Source: Octopus sinensis
Lineage: Eukaryota
Direction of reading: 5' to 3'
Assembly (NCBI RefSeq): GCF_006345805.1
Contig: NC_043014.1
Coordinates: 13,950,001 to 14,014,000 of the forward strand
Length of the DNA: 64,000 bases
The first letter of the stretch is position 1, and each line of letters starts with the position of its first letter. Below the pieces are notes generated by a model. The model made no database searches and had not been told where the DNA came from. It saw only the letters and a program-made list of their open reading frames with translations. Positions 1-12,157 of the stretch are shown piece after piece. Both the position numbers and the translations under genes were made by a program.

Positions 1-212
1 ATATATATACACACACAGATATAAATAGATAGAGACATGTATACATATATAACAGGAATGGCTGTGTGGTAGGAAGCTTGCTTCTCAATCACATGGGTCT
101 GGGTTCAGTCCCACTGTGTGGTACCTTGAGCAAGAGTCTTCTACTATATAACCTCAGGCTGATCAAAGCCTTGCGAGTGGATTTGGTAGATGGAAACTGA
201 AAGAAGCTTGTC

Positions 213-251
<39 letters not shown>

Positions 252-547
252 AATATATGTATGTATATATATATATATATAATATAAATATATGTATGTA
301 ATATATATATATATATAAATAATATGTATGTATTATATATATATATATATATATAATATATGTATATATATATAATATATAAATATATGTATGTATATAT
401 ATATATATAAATATATGTATGTATATATATATAATATATATATATACAAATATATGTATGTATTATATATATATATATAAATATATGTATGTTATATATA
501 TATATAATAATATATGTATGTATATATATATATATAATAAATATATG

Positions 548-585
<38 letters not shown>

Positions 586-696
586 TATGTATGTATATAT
601 ATATATATATAATTATATATATAAATATATGTATGTATATATATATATATATATAAATATATGTATGTATATATATTATATATATATAAATATATG

Positions 697-736
<40 letters not shown>

Positions 737-747
737 TATGTATGTAT

Positions 748-779
<32 letters not shown>

Positions 780-866
780 AATATATGTATGTATATATAT
801 ATTATATAATAGATAATATATAAATATTGTATGTATAATCTATATATATATATATATAAATATATG

Positions 867-907
<41 letters not shown>

Positions 908-951
908 TGTATATTATATATATATAATATATAATATAATATAAATATATG

Positions 952-989
<38 letters not shown>

Positions 990-993
990 TATG

Positions 994-1031
<38 letters not shown>

Positions 1032-1035
1032 TATG

Positions 1036-1082
<47 letters not shown>

Positions 1083-1392
1083 TGTATTATATATATATAT
1101 ATATATATAATAAATATAATGTATGTAGTATATATATATTATATAATATATATAAATATATGTATGTATATATATATATTATATATATTATATTTATGTA
1201 TATATATATATATTATATAAATATAAATATATGTATGTATATATATATATATATATAGAAATATATGTATGTAATATATAAATATATGTATGTATATATA
1301 TATAAATATATGTATGTATTATATATATATATATATTATATGTATGTATATATTATAGATATATATATATATAATATATATATATATTATAG

Positions 1393-1446
<54 letters not shown>

Positions 1447-1526
1447 ATGTTTAATATATATTATATATATATAGATGTATGTATAATATATATATATATA
1501 GATATATATATATATATATATGTATG

Positions 1527-1567
<41 letters not shown>

Positions 1568-1637
1568 ATGTATATATATATATATATATATATAAATATA
1601 TGTATGTATATATATAATATATATATATATAATAATG

Positions 1638-1677
<40 letters not shown>

Positions 1678-1818
1678 TATGTATGTATATATATATATAT
1701 ATATGTATATATATAATATAGTATATTATATATATAATATATATAAATATATGTATGTATATTATATTATAATATATGTATGTATATATATATTATATAT
1801 ATATATATAAATATATGT

Positions 1819-1861
<43 letters not shown>

Positions 1862-1865
1862 TATG

Positions 1866-1911
<46 letters not shown>

Positions 1912-1914
1912 TTG

Positions 1915-1956
<42 letters not shown>

Positions 1957-2007
1957 TATGTATGTATGATTATATATATATATATAGAGATATATAGATA
2001 ATATATG

Positions 2008-2048
<41 letters not shown>

Positions 2049-2220
2049 GTATGTTAGTTATATATAGATATATATATATATATATATATATATAGATATA
2101 TATGTATGTATATATATAATATATATATATGGTATGTATTATATATATATATATATATATATAAATATATGTATGTATATAATATATATATATATATTAG
2201 ATATATATATATAATATATG

Positions 2221-2258
<38 letters not shown>

Positions 2259-2443
2259 GTATGTATAATATATATATATATATATATATATAAATATATG
2301 TATGTATATATATATTATATATATATATATATAAATATATGTATGTATATATATATAATATATATATGATATATCTATATAAAATATATGTATGTATATA
2401 TATATATATATATATATAATATAGTATGTATATATATATATAT

Positions 2444-2480
<37 letters not shown>

Positions 2481-2556
2481 ATATATGTATGTATATATAT
2501 ATATATATATATATGTTGTATATATATATATATATATATATATAGATATTATATAT

Positions 2557-2602
<46 letters not shown>

Positions 2603-2606
2603 AATA

Positions 2607-2648
<42 letters not shown>

Positions 2649-2740
2649 TATATTATAGACTATAATATATATATATAAATATATATATGTATGTATATAT
2701 AGATATTATATATAATATATATATATAATATCTATGTATG

Positions 2741-2782
<42 letters not shown>

Positions 2783-2797
2783 AATATATGTAGTGAT

Positions 2798-2829
<32 letters not shown>

Positions 2830-2924
2830 TATGTATGTATATATAATATATATTATATATAAATATATGTATGTATATATATATATATTATATATATAAA
2901 TATATGTATGTATATATATTATAT

Positions 2925-2991
<67 letters not shown>

Positions 2992-3106
2992 AAATATATA
3001 TATATATTATATAATATAATTATATAATATATATATATATTATTATAATATATATATATATCAATAAGATATATATATATATATAGATAATATATTATAT
3101 ATAAAT

Positions 3107-3157
<51 letters not shown>

Positions 3158-3216
3158 ATATATATATATATATATAAATATATGTATGTATGTATATATA
3201 TATAAATATATGTATG

Positions 3217-3249
<33 letters not shown>

Positions 3250-3817
3250 TATTATATATATATATATATATACATAAATATATGTATGTCTATATATATA
3301 TATATATATAATAAATATATATATATATATATATATAAATAATATATGTATGGATATATATATTAATATATAATATATATTATATATATATATATATATA
3401 TATGTATTATATATATAATATAATATATAAATATATGTATGTAATATATATATATATAAATATATATATAAATATATGTATGTATATATATATTATATAA
3501 TATATGTATGTATATTATAATATATAAATATATAATAAATATATGTATATATATATATATATAAATATATGTATCTATATATATTATAATATATATATAA
3601 ATATATGTATGTATTATATATATATATAAATATATGTATGTATATATTATATATATAAATATATATAAATATAGTATGTATATATATATATATAATATAA
3701 ATATATATTATATATATATATGTATATATATATATAATATAAATATATTATATATATATATAAATATATATATATATATCTGTAATATATATATATATAT
3801 ATATCTATATAATATAT

Positions 3818-3848
<31 letters not shown>

Positions 3849-3913
3849 ATAATATATATATATATATATATATGTTATGTATATATATATATAGATCTAT
3901 ATATTAGTGTATG

Positions 3914-3963
<50 letters not shown>

Positions 3964-4000
3964 ATATATATATATATAAATATATGTATGTATATATAGT

Positions 4001-4060
<60 letters not shown>

Positions 4061-4417
4061 TATGTATGTATATATATTATATAAAATATGTATGTATATA
4101 TATGTATATATATATATATATAAATATATGTATGTATATATTATATATCTATATATATATAATAATGTTGTAATATATATATATATATATATATATAAAT
4201 ATATGTATGTATATATATATATAATATATTATATATAATATAATATAATACATACATATATTTATATATTATATATATATATTATATATATATAAATATA
4301 TGTATGTACTATATATAATATATATATGTATGTACATATCTATATATATATATGTAGTACATATATATATATATATGTATGTACATATATATATATATAT
4401 ATGTATGTACATATATA

Positions 4418-4461
<44 letters not shown>

Positions 4462-4462
4462 G
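213..4462. repeat. ~4.25-kb TA-derived compound satellite, recurring unit AAATATATGTATG(TA)n
   Basis: Motif TAAATATATGTATGTATATA recurs dozens of times, separated by variable (TA)n; very few C residues. Confidence 0.95.
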
Positions 4463-4463
4463 T

Positions 4464-4764
4464 GGAGGCGCAATGGCCCAGTGGTTAGGGCAGCGGACTC
4501 GCAGTCGTAGGATCGTGGTTTCGATTCTCAGACCGGGCGTTGTCAGTGTTTATTGAGCGAAAACACCTAAAGTTCCACGAGGCTCTGGCAGGGGGTGGTG
4601 GCGATCCCTGCTGTACTCTTTCGCCACAATTTTCTCTCACTCTTTCTTCTGTTGGCCTGCTCGCTTAGCCAGCAGGGTGGTGTCATTTGAAGGCTAAAAC
4701 AATGCGAAACGCATTGTGACCAGCGATGTGAAACAACATCTGATAGCCTGGTCGGTCACGGTGA
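4464..4764 (+). mobile_element. SINE-C (tRNA-derived head), young-looking copy inserted in the TA satellite
   Basis: GGAGGCGCAATGGCCCAGTGGTTAGG (A-box-like)...GGTTTCGATTC (B-box-like), then a non-tRNA body; TA runs on both sides. Confidence 0.8.
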
Positions 4765-5104
4765 TATATAATATATATATACACATTTATATATATATAT
4801 ATATATATACATACACATTTATATGTATATATATACATACACATTTATATGTATATATCTGTGTGTATCTTTGCATTTGTGTTTGTCCCAACCAATGTTG
4901 GTGTGTTTACATCCCTGTAAATTAGTAGTTTGACAAAAGAGACTGATAGAATAAGTACTAGGCTTACAAAGAATAAGTCCTGGGGTCAATTTCTTTGACT
5001 AAAACCCTTTGACTAAAACCCTTTAAGGCGGTGCTCCAGCATGGCCACAGTCAAATGACTAAAACAAGTAAAAGAATAAAAGAAAAAATGTAAAAGAATA
5101 TGTA

Positions 5105-5412
5105 TCACGGACTTTTCCATCATTAGACAACAGATGAGGGTTCTGCAATTTCCTGCCGAACGACCTGCACAGATGATTTGTTTATAGTAGTCAAATGCTT
5201 GTGTTCACACAACCTCACTCTCTCCATCAAATCAAAATTAACTGTACAGGTGCATGATGTGTTACATGTCAGATGATGAAAATGATCATTGTGAGCAACG
5301 TGAAATGAAGTGTCTTGCTCAAGAACACAACACAATGCCTGGTCTAGGAATCAAAACCACACTCTTACAATCATGAGTGCAACATCCAAACCACTAAGCC
5401 ATGCACCTTCAC
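5105..5412 (-). mobile_element. SINE-C, degenerate, different body
   Basis: Reverse complement of the head plus TTGAGCAAGACACTTCATTTCACGTTGCTC at ~5290-5412. Confidence 0.6.
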
Positions 5413-5463
5413 ACACACACAATTATCATTGTTGTTGTTATATTATTATTATTATTATTATTC

Positions 5464-6254
5464 TATGTTTGACCTTTGCTTTATATTTGTACAAGTTGGC
5501 TCCAAGTCTCACCCAGAGACCTTAAGAGACAACAGGTTGGAAGTCCATGTTGTTGTTATGCCTAGTGTGCCATATATTTGGCTTTTTTTTTGGTGTTGTA
5601 CTAGTGAATGTCTAAAAAAAAAATTTTTGAAAAAAACGCAAATTATGTTTGTTTTAAACCATGAGATTACATAGAATGTATTTTGCGTAGGATATGAGCA
5701 GTTCCTATGAGCACTATCTTTTGAATTTCTGCCATTTTTGGGTTTCCTGATACCTCAGTTAAGTAGCAATCAGCCCCTTTTGCTATCATTCCCAGGGCAC
5801 CTATGACAACAGGTATTGTTTTATTCTTCAGGTTCCACAGTTTGCTGATTTCTACTTCAAGATCTTTATATTTGCTCAGTTTTTGGTAGGTCTTGACAGA
5901 TACGTTTATATCAATTGGGACAGTCATATCAATGAGGAGGCATGTTATTTATCTGAAGTCTTTCAATATGATGTCTGGCCTATTTGCATCTATCTTTCTG
6001 TCAGTTTGAATGGTGAAGTTCCAGAGGAGTGAGATGTGGTCATTTTCAAGCACTGGAGGTGGTTTGTGTTCCCACCAGTTTTTTTTCAAGGGGCAAATCC
6101 AAGTTTTTGCAAATTACCCAGTGAATATATTGTGCAGCTCTATCATGCCTGTTGAGATACTCTGTAGGCGCTAGAAGACTGCACTTGGAGACAACATGAT
6201 CAATGGTTTCATTTTGTTGTTGACATACACGACATGTTGGGCTATTGCCGTTCT

Positions 6255-6256
<2 letters not shown>
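5464..6256 (-). mobile_element. 5'-truncated R4/Dong-type non-LTR retrotransposon (CCHC knuckle + restriction-like endonuclease), frameshifted
   Basis: Minus-strand translation CRVCQQQNETIDHVVSKC...YLNRHDRAAQYIHWVICK / WWEHKP...WNFTIQTDRKIDANRPDII...IDMTVP...KLSKYKDLEVEISKLW...VIGALG. The 3' end runs into (TAA)n at 5442-5463. Confidence 0.85.
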
Positions 6257-6298
<42 letters not shown>

Positions 6299-6339
6299 TA
6301 TTATTATTATTATTATTATTTTATCATTATTATTATTAT
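6257..6339. repeat. (AAT)n immediately followed by (TAT)n: self-complementary trinucleotide palindrome
   Basis: (AAT)~14 at 6257-6298 abuts (TTA)n at 6299-6339. Confidence 0.9.
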
Positions 6340-6345
6340 GATTAT

Positions 6346-6561
6346 GGCAGCAAGCTGGTAGAGTCATTAGCATGCCAGGTGAAATGCTAAGTGGCATTTT
6401 GTATATCTTTACATTCTGAGTTCAAATCCCTCTGAGGTGAACTTAGCCTTTCATCTTTTGGGGGGGGTCAATCAGTTAAGTACAAGTGAAACACCAGGGT
6501 CGATGTGATTGACTAGTGCCATCCCCACAAATTTCAGGCCTTCTGCCTATAGTAGAAAGGC

Positions 6562-6562
<1 letters not shown>
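6346..6562 (+). mobile_element. SINE-B, degenerate
   Basis: GGCAGCAAGCTGGTAGAG...TTCTGAGTTCAAAT...CCTTTCATC...GGGTCGATGTGATTGACT matches other SINE-B copies. Confidence 0.7.
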
Positions 6563-6594
<32 letters not shown>

Positions 6595-6604
6595 TCATTG
6601 CTGT

Positions 6605-7021
6605 TATTATTATCATTTAATGTCTACTTTTCCATGTTTGCCTGAGTTTATTGAGGCAGATTTTCTATGACCAGATGCCGCCCTTCCTATAGCCAGCTCT
6701 CACCTGTACTCACCAAGTAAGGTAATGTTTCCTTACGACCAAACATGTATTCACAGAATACTGGAAACGAATGCCACTGCTGGTATGACAGTGATACTTA
6801 TTTACAAGTGTCATGTGATGTCAAGACAAGGCGATACACGCACACATGCATGCACACGCAGTGGGCTCCTTTCAGTTTCCAGCTACCAAATCCACTCAGC
6901 AAAGCTTTGGTCAATCCAGGGTTACAGTAGAAGATCACCCAAAGTGCTGTGCAGTGAGACTGAACCTAAAACCACATGGTTGGGAAGCAAACTTCTTAAC
7001 CACACAGCCATGGTTGCACAT
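6605..7021 (-). mobile_element. Chimeric SINE: SINE-A head + CA microsatellite + RTE-like (GAT/AAT) tail
   Basis: 6860-7021 is the reverse complement of the SINE-A 5' half. 6605-6700 reads (minus) GGAAGGGCGGCATCTGGTCATAGAAAATCTGCC...CATGGAAAAGTAGACATTAAATGATAAT, like the RTE terminus. Confidence 0.6.
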
Positions 7022-7103
7022 ATATTGCCTTCTTGGTAACTAACATAATTGACAACTTAGCAGTGGGTTCATGATTTTTTTGTTTCAATGTTATGCTGTA
7101 CTA

Positions 7104-7340
7104 CATCATCATCATCATCGTTTAACGTCCACTTTCCATGCTAGCATGGGTTGGATGATTTGACTGAGGACTGGCGAACCAGATGGCTGCACCAGGCTCC
7201 AATCTTGATCTGGCAGAGTTTCTACAGCTGGATGTCCTTCCTAACACCAACCACTCCGAGAGTGTAGTGGGTGCTTTTACATGCCACTGGCATGGGGGCC
7301 AGTCAGGCGGTACTGGTGACGGCCACGAAAAAATCGTGTT
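7104..7340 (-). mobile_element. RTE LINE 3'-terminal fragment
   Basis: (CAT)n-CGTTTAACGTCCACTTTCCATGCTAGCATGGGTTGGA...GGATGTCCTTCCTAACACCAACCAC, reverse complement of the terminus at 36800-36968. Further copies at ~9920-10165(-), 25290-25412(+), 27780-27915(+), 33800-34055(+), 39215-39467(+), 39900-40054(+), 50100-50250(-), 52540-52690(+), 53838-54118(-), 55188-55458(+). Confidence 0.8.
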
Positions 7341-7396
7341 TTTTTTTTTTACAGGATATATCAATAGATATACCAATTTTTAACCAACCCTGTGTT

Positions 7397-7713
7397 TAGT
7401 GGTTCTCAACTGGGGTCCATATAAGATTTTGAGGTGGTCCACAAACAAAATAATAAATTGGGGCCACAGTAGTATTTTTGGGCCCATGAAAATCTTTTGC
7501 TTTAGATGTATCTATTGCATGAAACAGCTTGATTTCTTTCTCTGGCATTTTACATAATTCAACCTACACAAGGGAATGTACAATAAACAAAATAGGAATT
7601 TTGAAAGAAGTATCTATAAAACTAGGTTTTAAACATTGAATAGCTATGGGGGCCCACCAGAATAAAAGTGTAATCAAAAGGGATCCATAGATAAAAATGG
7701 CTGATAATCACTG
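7397..7713. mobile_element. hAT (Charlie-like) non-autonomous element
   Basis: Ends TAGTGGTTCTCAAC...GCTGATAATCACTG are degenerate inverted repeats of the CAGTGGTTCTCAA type. No clear TSD. A related end occurs at ~48358-48420. Confidence 0.5.
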
Positions 7714-7914
7714 ATGTACATCATCATCTGGTCAGGTGACTTGCTTGGACCAATGCAACTCTTCCATACCAGCTGTCCCAATTAAGCGATGCTTTAAACA
7801 AGCAGAAATACCTCATCCGTGCACACCACAAGAACAGATAATAGCAGTTGTTCACAAACTGAACTAGTTTATTTAGCCATTGACAGTTTGTTGCTTGTTT
7901 GTCTGCTCAGCATC

Positions 7915-8136
7915 TACTCTCTTTTTACTCTTTTACTTGTTTCAGTCATTTGACTGTGGCCATGCTGGAGCACCGCCTTTAGTCGAGCAAATCGACCCCA
8001 GGACTTATTCTTTTGTAAGCCTAGTACTTATTCTATCGGTCTCTTTTGCCAAACCACTAAGTTACAGGGACGTAAACACACCAGCATTGATTGTCAAGCA
8101 GTGTTGGGGGGACAAACACAGACACACAAACATATT

Positions 8137-8200
<64 letters not shown>

Positions 8201-8358
8201 TACGACAGGCTTCTTTCAGTTTCCATCTACCAAATCCTCTCACAAGGCTTTGGTTGGCCTGAGGCTATAGTAGAAGACACTTGCCCAAGGTGCCACGCAG
8301 TGAGACTGAACCCGGAACCATGTGGTTGGTAAGCAAGTTACTTACCACACAGCCACTA
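7915..8358 (-). mobile_element. SINE-A, near full length
   Basis: TACTCTTTTACTTGTTTCAGTCATTTGACTG...(TA)n...CCACACAGCCACT. Confidence 0.9.
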
Positions 8359-8834
8359 AATATTTATCATTGATTCAATAACTTCATTTGCCAAAATAGT
8401 TCACATCTACCATGCTGCATCCTGTGCCCTGCCTTGTATGTTACATGCTAGTTAACTTGTAGCTGGGACCCTGACAGGTGCTACTACTCAGAGCTAGATT
8501 AAACCTGGGAACAATAGCTGCTAAGAGGTGGTTCCACACTCCTCAAAATCGTGGAACTCCAGAACCAGGACCCTACCACCAGATGCAGTTTAAACAAAAA
8601 CTAGTAATATATTAAAACAATGCACCAGTATTAATTGAAGTAGCTGCTAAAAATGTATTACATGTGCAAATCGGTCAAGTCATGTTACTCAAGCATTTGA
8701 TAATGGACCCAAATTTTTTTTACAAGACCTGCAATTTTGGAGGAGGGGCTAGTCAATTACATTGATCCCAGTGTTCAACTGGTACTTATTTTATCAACTC
8801 CAAAAGGATGAAAGCAAAGTTGACCTTGGTGGAA

Positions 8835-9370
8835 TCATCATCATCATCATCCAATGTTTGAAATCCAGGTTTTCTTCCTTGTGGCCAGATCTACCTCAAG
8901 GCCATAGCAACTGCCCTAACACCATCTTACCCTGTTTTGGGCATTCTCTTTTCTCAAGCCAACTATCCCAATTTCCTCCACATTTTCCTCAGTCTACCTC
9001 GCTTTCAGTCCATTTACCTCAAACTTAAGCACCCTCCTCAGCACATACCCATATCACCACACTCCATTCACCCTTGCCAGCCGTTCCACAGATTCATCAA
9101 ACCCCAACATCCCCATCAAGTCCTCAGTCCTCTTCTTATCAAACGGCTTCACACCACACATTTCTCTCACTATTGCTCTCTCAGTCCTTCTCAAATTTGC
9201 CATCTCTCTCTCCCTCAGATACCATGTCTCACTCCCACACAACTATAGACCTTACCTTTCATCTTCAATGAGAACCTTTTCCCATATAACAATGCTCCAC
9301 ATTCCCTGAACTTCACCCAGCCAAGTCTCACTCTTGCCATCACAGCTGCTTCACATCCACCCTATCTCCC
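8835..9370 (-). mobile_element. RTE-clade LINE fragment (RT C-terminus) nested in a minus-strand SINE-B (8710-8834 and 9371-9420)
   Basis: Minus translation GCEAAVMARVRLGWVKFRECGALLYGKRFSLKMKGKVY / GSETWYLREREMANLRRTERAIVREMCGVK; (GAT)n tail at 8835-8851; SINE-B halves on both sides. Confidence 0.8.
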
Positions 9371-10203
9371 AAACAAATGCTGCTAAGCATTTTGCCTGGC
9401 ATGCTAATGACTGCCAAAACACCATCTTACTGAGGCACTTAATTATAGTAGCTTTAAAAGCAATACTTTTACTAACAGTTATAAAGACATCTCAGTCATT
9501 GATGAAAAGCAGGATTCAAACTAGTCCAACTGACTTCTTTTTCTGTCTGCCAATGTATTCTATATTAACAGATAATGCATTTACAACTGTCTAATTATAC
9601 AGTGATGGTTGATATTCCACAGATAAATTCTGCAATGCATCAGTTATTTGGTATTGAACAATAATCTAAAAATACATTGCTAGTTTTAAATAAAAGTATT
9701 CATTTAGGTATGCAATTAACTACACACTAATGACTGCTAATGTCAACAAATAAAATCATATGATTTTCAATGTGGTTGATTATATCTTTTCCAGTGTTAT
9801 GTCTTTATTAATTTTGATGATCCAATACTATTTAAGTGCTGACAATGACAACAAAATTGACAACTCAGTGAGGAATTCTATACATGGTTGCTTGAACTAA
9901 TAGAAATAGCATCCAAATTCATCATCATCATCATCATCATCGTTTAATGCTAGCATGGGTTGGACGGTTCGACCAGGGTCTGGGAAGCCAGGAGGCTGCA
10001 CCAGGCTCCAGTCTGATCTGGCAGTGTTTCTACAGCTGGATGCCCTTCCTAACGCGAACCACTCCGTGAGTGTAGTGGGTGCTTATTACGTGCCACTGGC
10101 ACAGGTGCCAGGGGAGGCTGGCAACGGCCACAATCAGTTGGTGCTTTTTACGTGTCACCGGTACAGGAATAACACATAGAGTGTGTGTTTGTGTGTGTGT
10201 GTA

Positions 10204-11435
10204 TCAGGCTGAGTAAAATGTAAGCAACATTTGGAAACATAAAATTCATCACAATACATTTCAACAATGCAGAAAGTTTATTCTTCAAAGTAAGAACCAT
10301 TGCAATCAACGCATTTTTGCCAATGAGTTACAAGTTTGTTTATTCCGGTAACATAAAAATCTGGAGTTCTGGAGCTGATGAACTCTTTGAATGCACTTTC
10401 AGCATCAGTTTGATTTTTGAACTCCTTCTCTCACAGGAAATCATCAAGATGCTTGAAAAAGTGGCAGTTGGTAGGAGAAAGGTCTGGAGAATAAGCTGGG
10501 AGGGGAAGAACTTGGTAGCCAATTTCCCTTAACTTCTGGAGTGTCATTAGTGAAACGTGTGGTCGAGCATTATAATGAAGAATGATTGGCCCTCTTTTGT
10601 TGACCAGTCTGGGATGGAGAGGTAACAGTTTTTTGTACATTTTGGCAATTTCATGGCAATATGTTTCTGCAGTAATGGTTTTTCTAGGTTTTAAGAAGTT
10701 ATAGTGGATGAATCCAGCAGTACACCACCAAACAATCACCATAACCTTTTTGAAGCACTCAGGTTTAGGGAAGGTTTCTGGTGCTTCATTTGGTCCAACC
10801 ACTGCGAAGAACATTTTTATTATTGTACAGAGACGACTTTTCAATGCAAGCTACAATATTGTCAAAAAATGGATCGGTCTGGTTATAGAAAAGAAGCGAC
10901 AAGCAAATTTCATATCTGCGCATATTTTGGTTTTCAGATCACATTCAAATGGTTGCAGGCAGTTTGTCTAACTTGAATTTCTTTTGCCAGTTCTTGAATG
11001 GTTTTATGTGGATCTTTCTCAATGACTGTCCTTAATTGACAGTCATCGATGACAGATGGGCGTCCACTACACTCACAATCTTCAAGGCTCAGGTTTCCAT
11101 TGCAAAATCATTTAAACCATTTTCAAGCAGACCACTCACTGGTAATTTTCTCACCAAATGTTTCGTTGATATCACGAACAGCTTCAGCTGCTTTATGTCT
11201 TTTTTTGAAGTTGAATAGTAAAATTGCCTGAATATCGCACTTTGACAGTTCAACTTCAGATTATTGTAACAACAGTAAAAAATATCAATGTTAATTTATT
11301 GATGCATTTGGGCACATCTGTGTCAGTATCATCAGACAATTGCAAAAAAATGTATTTAAAAAATTCACAACTCTGTAAAAATCTGGTACAAATTCTTCAT
11401 AGTTCAAGATGCTGCTTACTTTTTACTTAACCTGA
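10204..11435 (-). mobile_element. Full-length (~1232 bp) mariner relic, transposase pseudogene
   Basis: TIRs TCAGGCTGAGTAAAATGTAAGCAACATTT and reverse complement TCAGGTTAAGTAAAAAGTAAGCAGCATCT; TA on both sides (10202-3, 11436-7). Minus-strand FNFKKRHKAAEAVRDINETFG...SGRP, KKVMVIVWW, HYNARPH, YSPDLSPTN; stops and frameshifts. Confidence 0.92.
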
Positions 11436-11486
11436 TATATAAGACAAGGTATAAATAAAGGTCATTACATTTTTTTTCTTTACCAG

Positions 11487-11571
11487 AACAGATTTGGCTT
11501 AGCTCTGATGGAAGTAGCATTAATTCTTTTAGATCATTCAATTTTTCTGAACTGATCAATAGGGCAATTGA
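11487..11571 (+). CDS. Candidate internal exon (phase 1-2), unknown protein: (E)QIWLSSDGSSINSFRSFNFSELINRAI(E)
   Basis: Acceptor TTTTTTTTCTTTACCAG, donor GA|GTAAAC, open frame; phase-compatible with 20566-20681. Protein not recognised; could be chance. Confidence 0.25.
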
Positions 11572-11879
11572 GTAAACCTATCAGTAATGTACCTATAATG
11601 ACTACTGGAAACAGGTGTAAGCCAAATTTGCTATAATAAAGGAAAAATATGTAATGATTATTATATATACTTTGTCTTATCATCTGTGTAAAAACCAGTT
11701 TGTCTGGACCCTAACCATGGATTTATAATATAGAATTGTGATGAAACATAACCTTCGGGCCTTGCCATAAGAATACTTGAAGTTCTTCACTAATCTAGAC
11801 AATATTGTTAGCCTGGTGTACCAACAGAGAGCTTATGAAGTATTGATAATCCTTCACTATCATTTCTGTTAAATATATA

Positions 11880-11910
<31 letters not shown>

Positions 11911-11916
<6 letters not shown>

Positions 11917-12068
11917 GATTACAAAAAATGGGACAAGAATGCAAAACATCCAGACAGATGATACAAAAAGGGGACAACAAAAATCAAGGACAGTTTTTCT
12001 GGTCCCTTTTTTGTATCATCTGTCTGGATGTTTTGCGTTCTTGTCCCATCTTTTGTATTCCTTTTTAT
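11911..12068. repeat. Near-perfect ~65-bp inverted repeat (26-nt loop) embedded in (TA)n
   Basis: Left arm ATAAAGGATTACAAAAAATGGGACAAGAATGCAAAACATCCAGACAGATGATACAAAAAGGGGAC pairs with right arm GTCCCTTTTTTGTATCATCTGTCTGGATGTTTTGCGTTCTTGTCCCATCTTTTGTATTCCTTTTTAT. Confidence 0.92.
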
Positions 12069-12120
12069 ATACATATGGCAGCATACATATACTTTGGTCT
12101 CATATGTAAGTACATATATA

Positions 12121-12157
<37 letters not shown>

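Larger units (their letters stand above)
51..5099 (+). mobile_element. SINE-A copy split by a giant internal satellite and a nested SINE-C (5' half 51-212, 3' half ~4860-5099)
   Basis: 5' half GGCTGTGTGGT...GGGTTCAGTCCCACTG...GGAAACTGAAAGAAGC; 3' half GTTTGTCCC...AATAAGTACTAGGCTTACAAAGAATAAGTCCTGGGGTC...GTAAAAGAAT. Both halves match intact copies such as 18132-18535. Confidence 0.8.

Noticed and set aside
4464-4540. tRNA gene (also other GGAGGCGC/GGCG heads)
   Set aside because: A/B boxes are present, but the acceptor stem does not close and the sequence continues into a repeated SINE body.
419-4556. Y/I/M-rich ORFs (also H/T/Y and C/V ORFs at 13990-14441, 32349-32894, 42692-43295, 57145-58155)
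   Set aside because: Translations of TA, CA and TACA microsatellites that lack stop codons by composition.
7880-8332. Recurrent peptide EDTCPRCHAVGLNPEPCGW suggesting a Cys-rich gene family
   Set aside because: It is the antisense translation of SINE-A and recurs wherever the SINE does.
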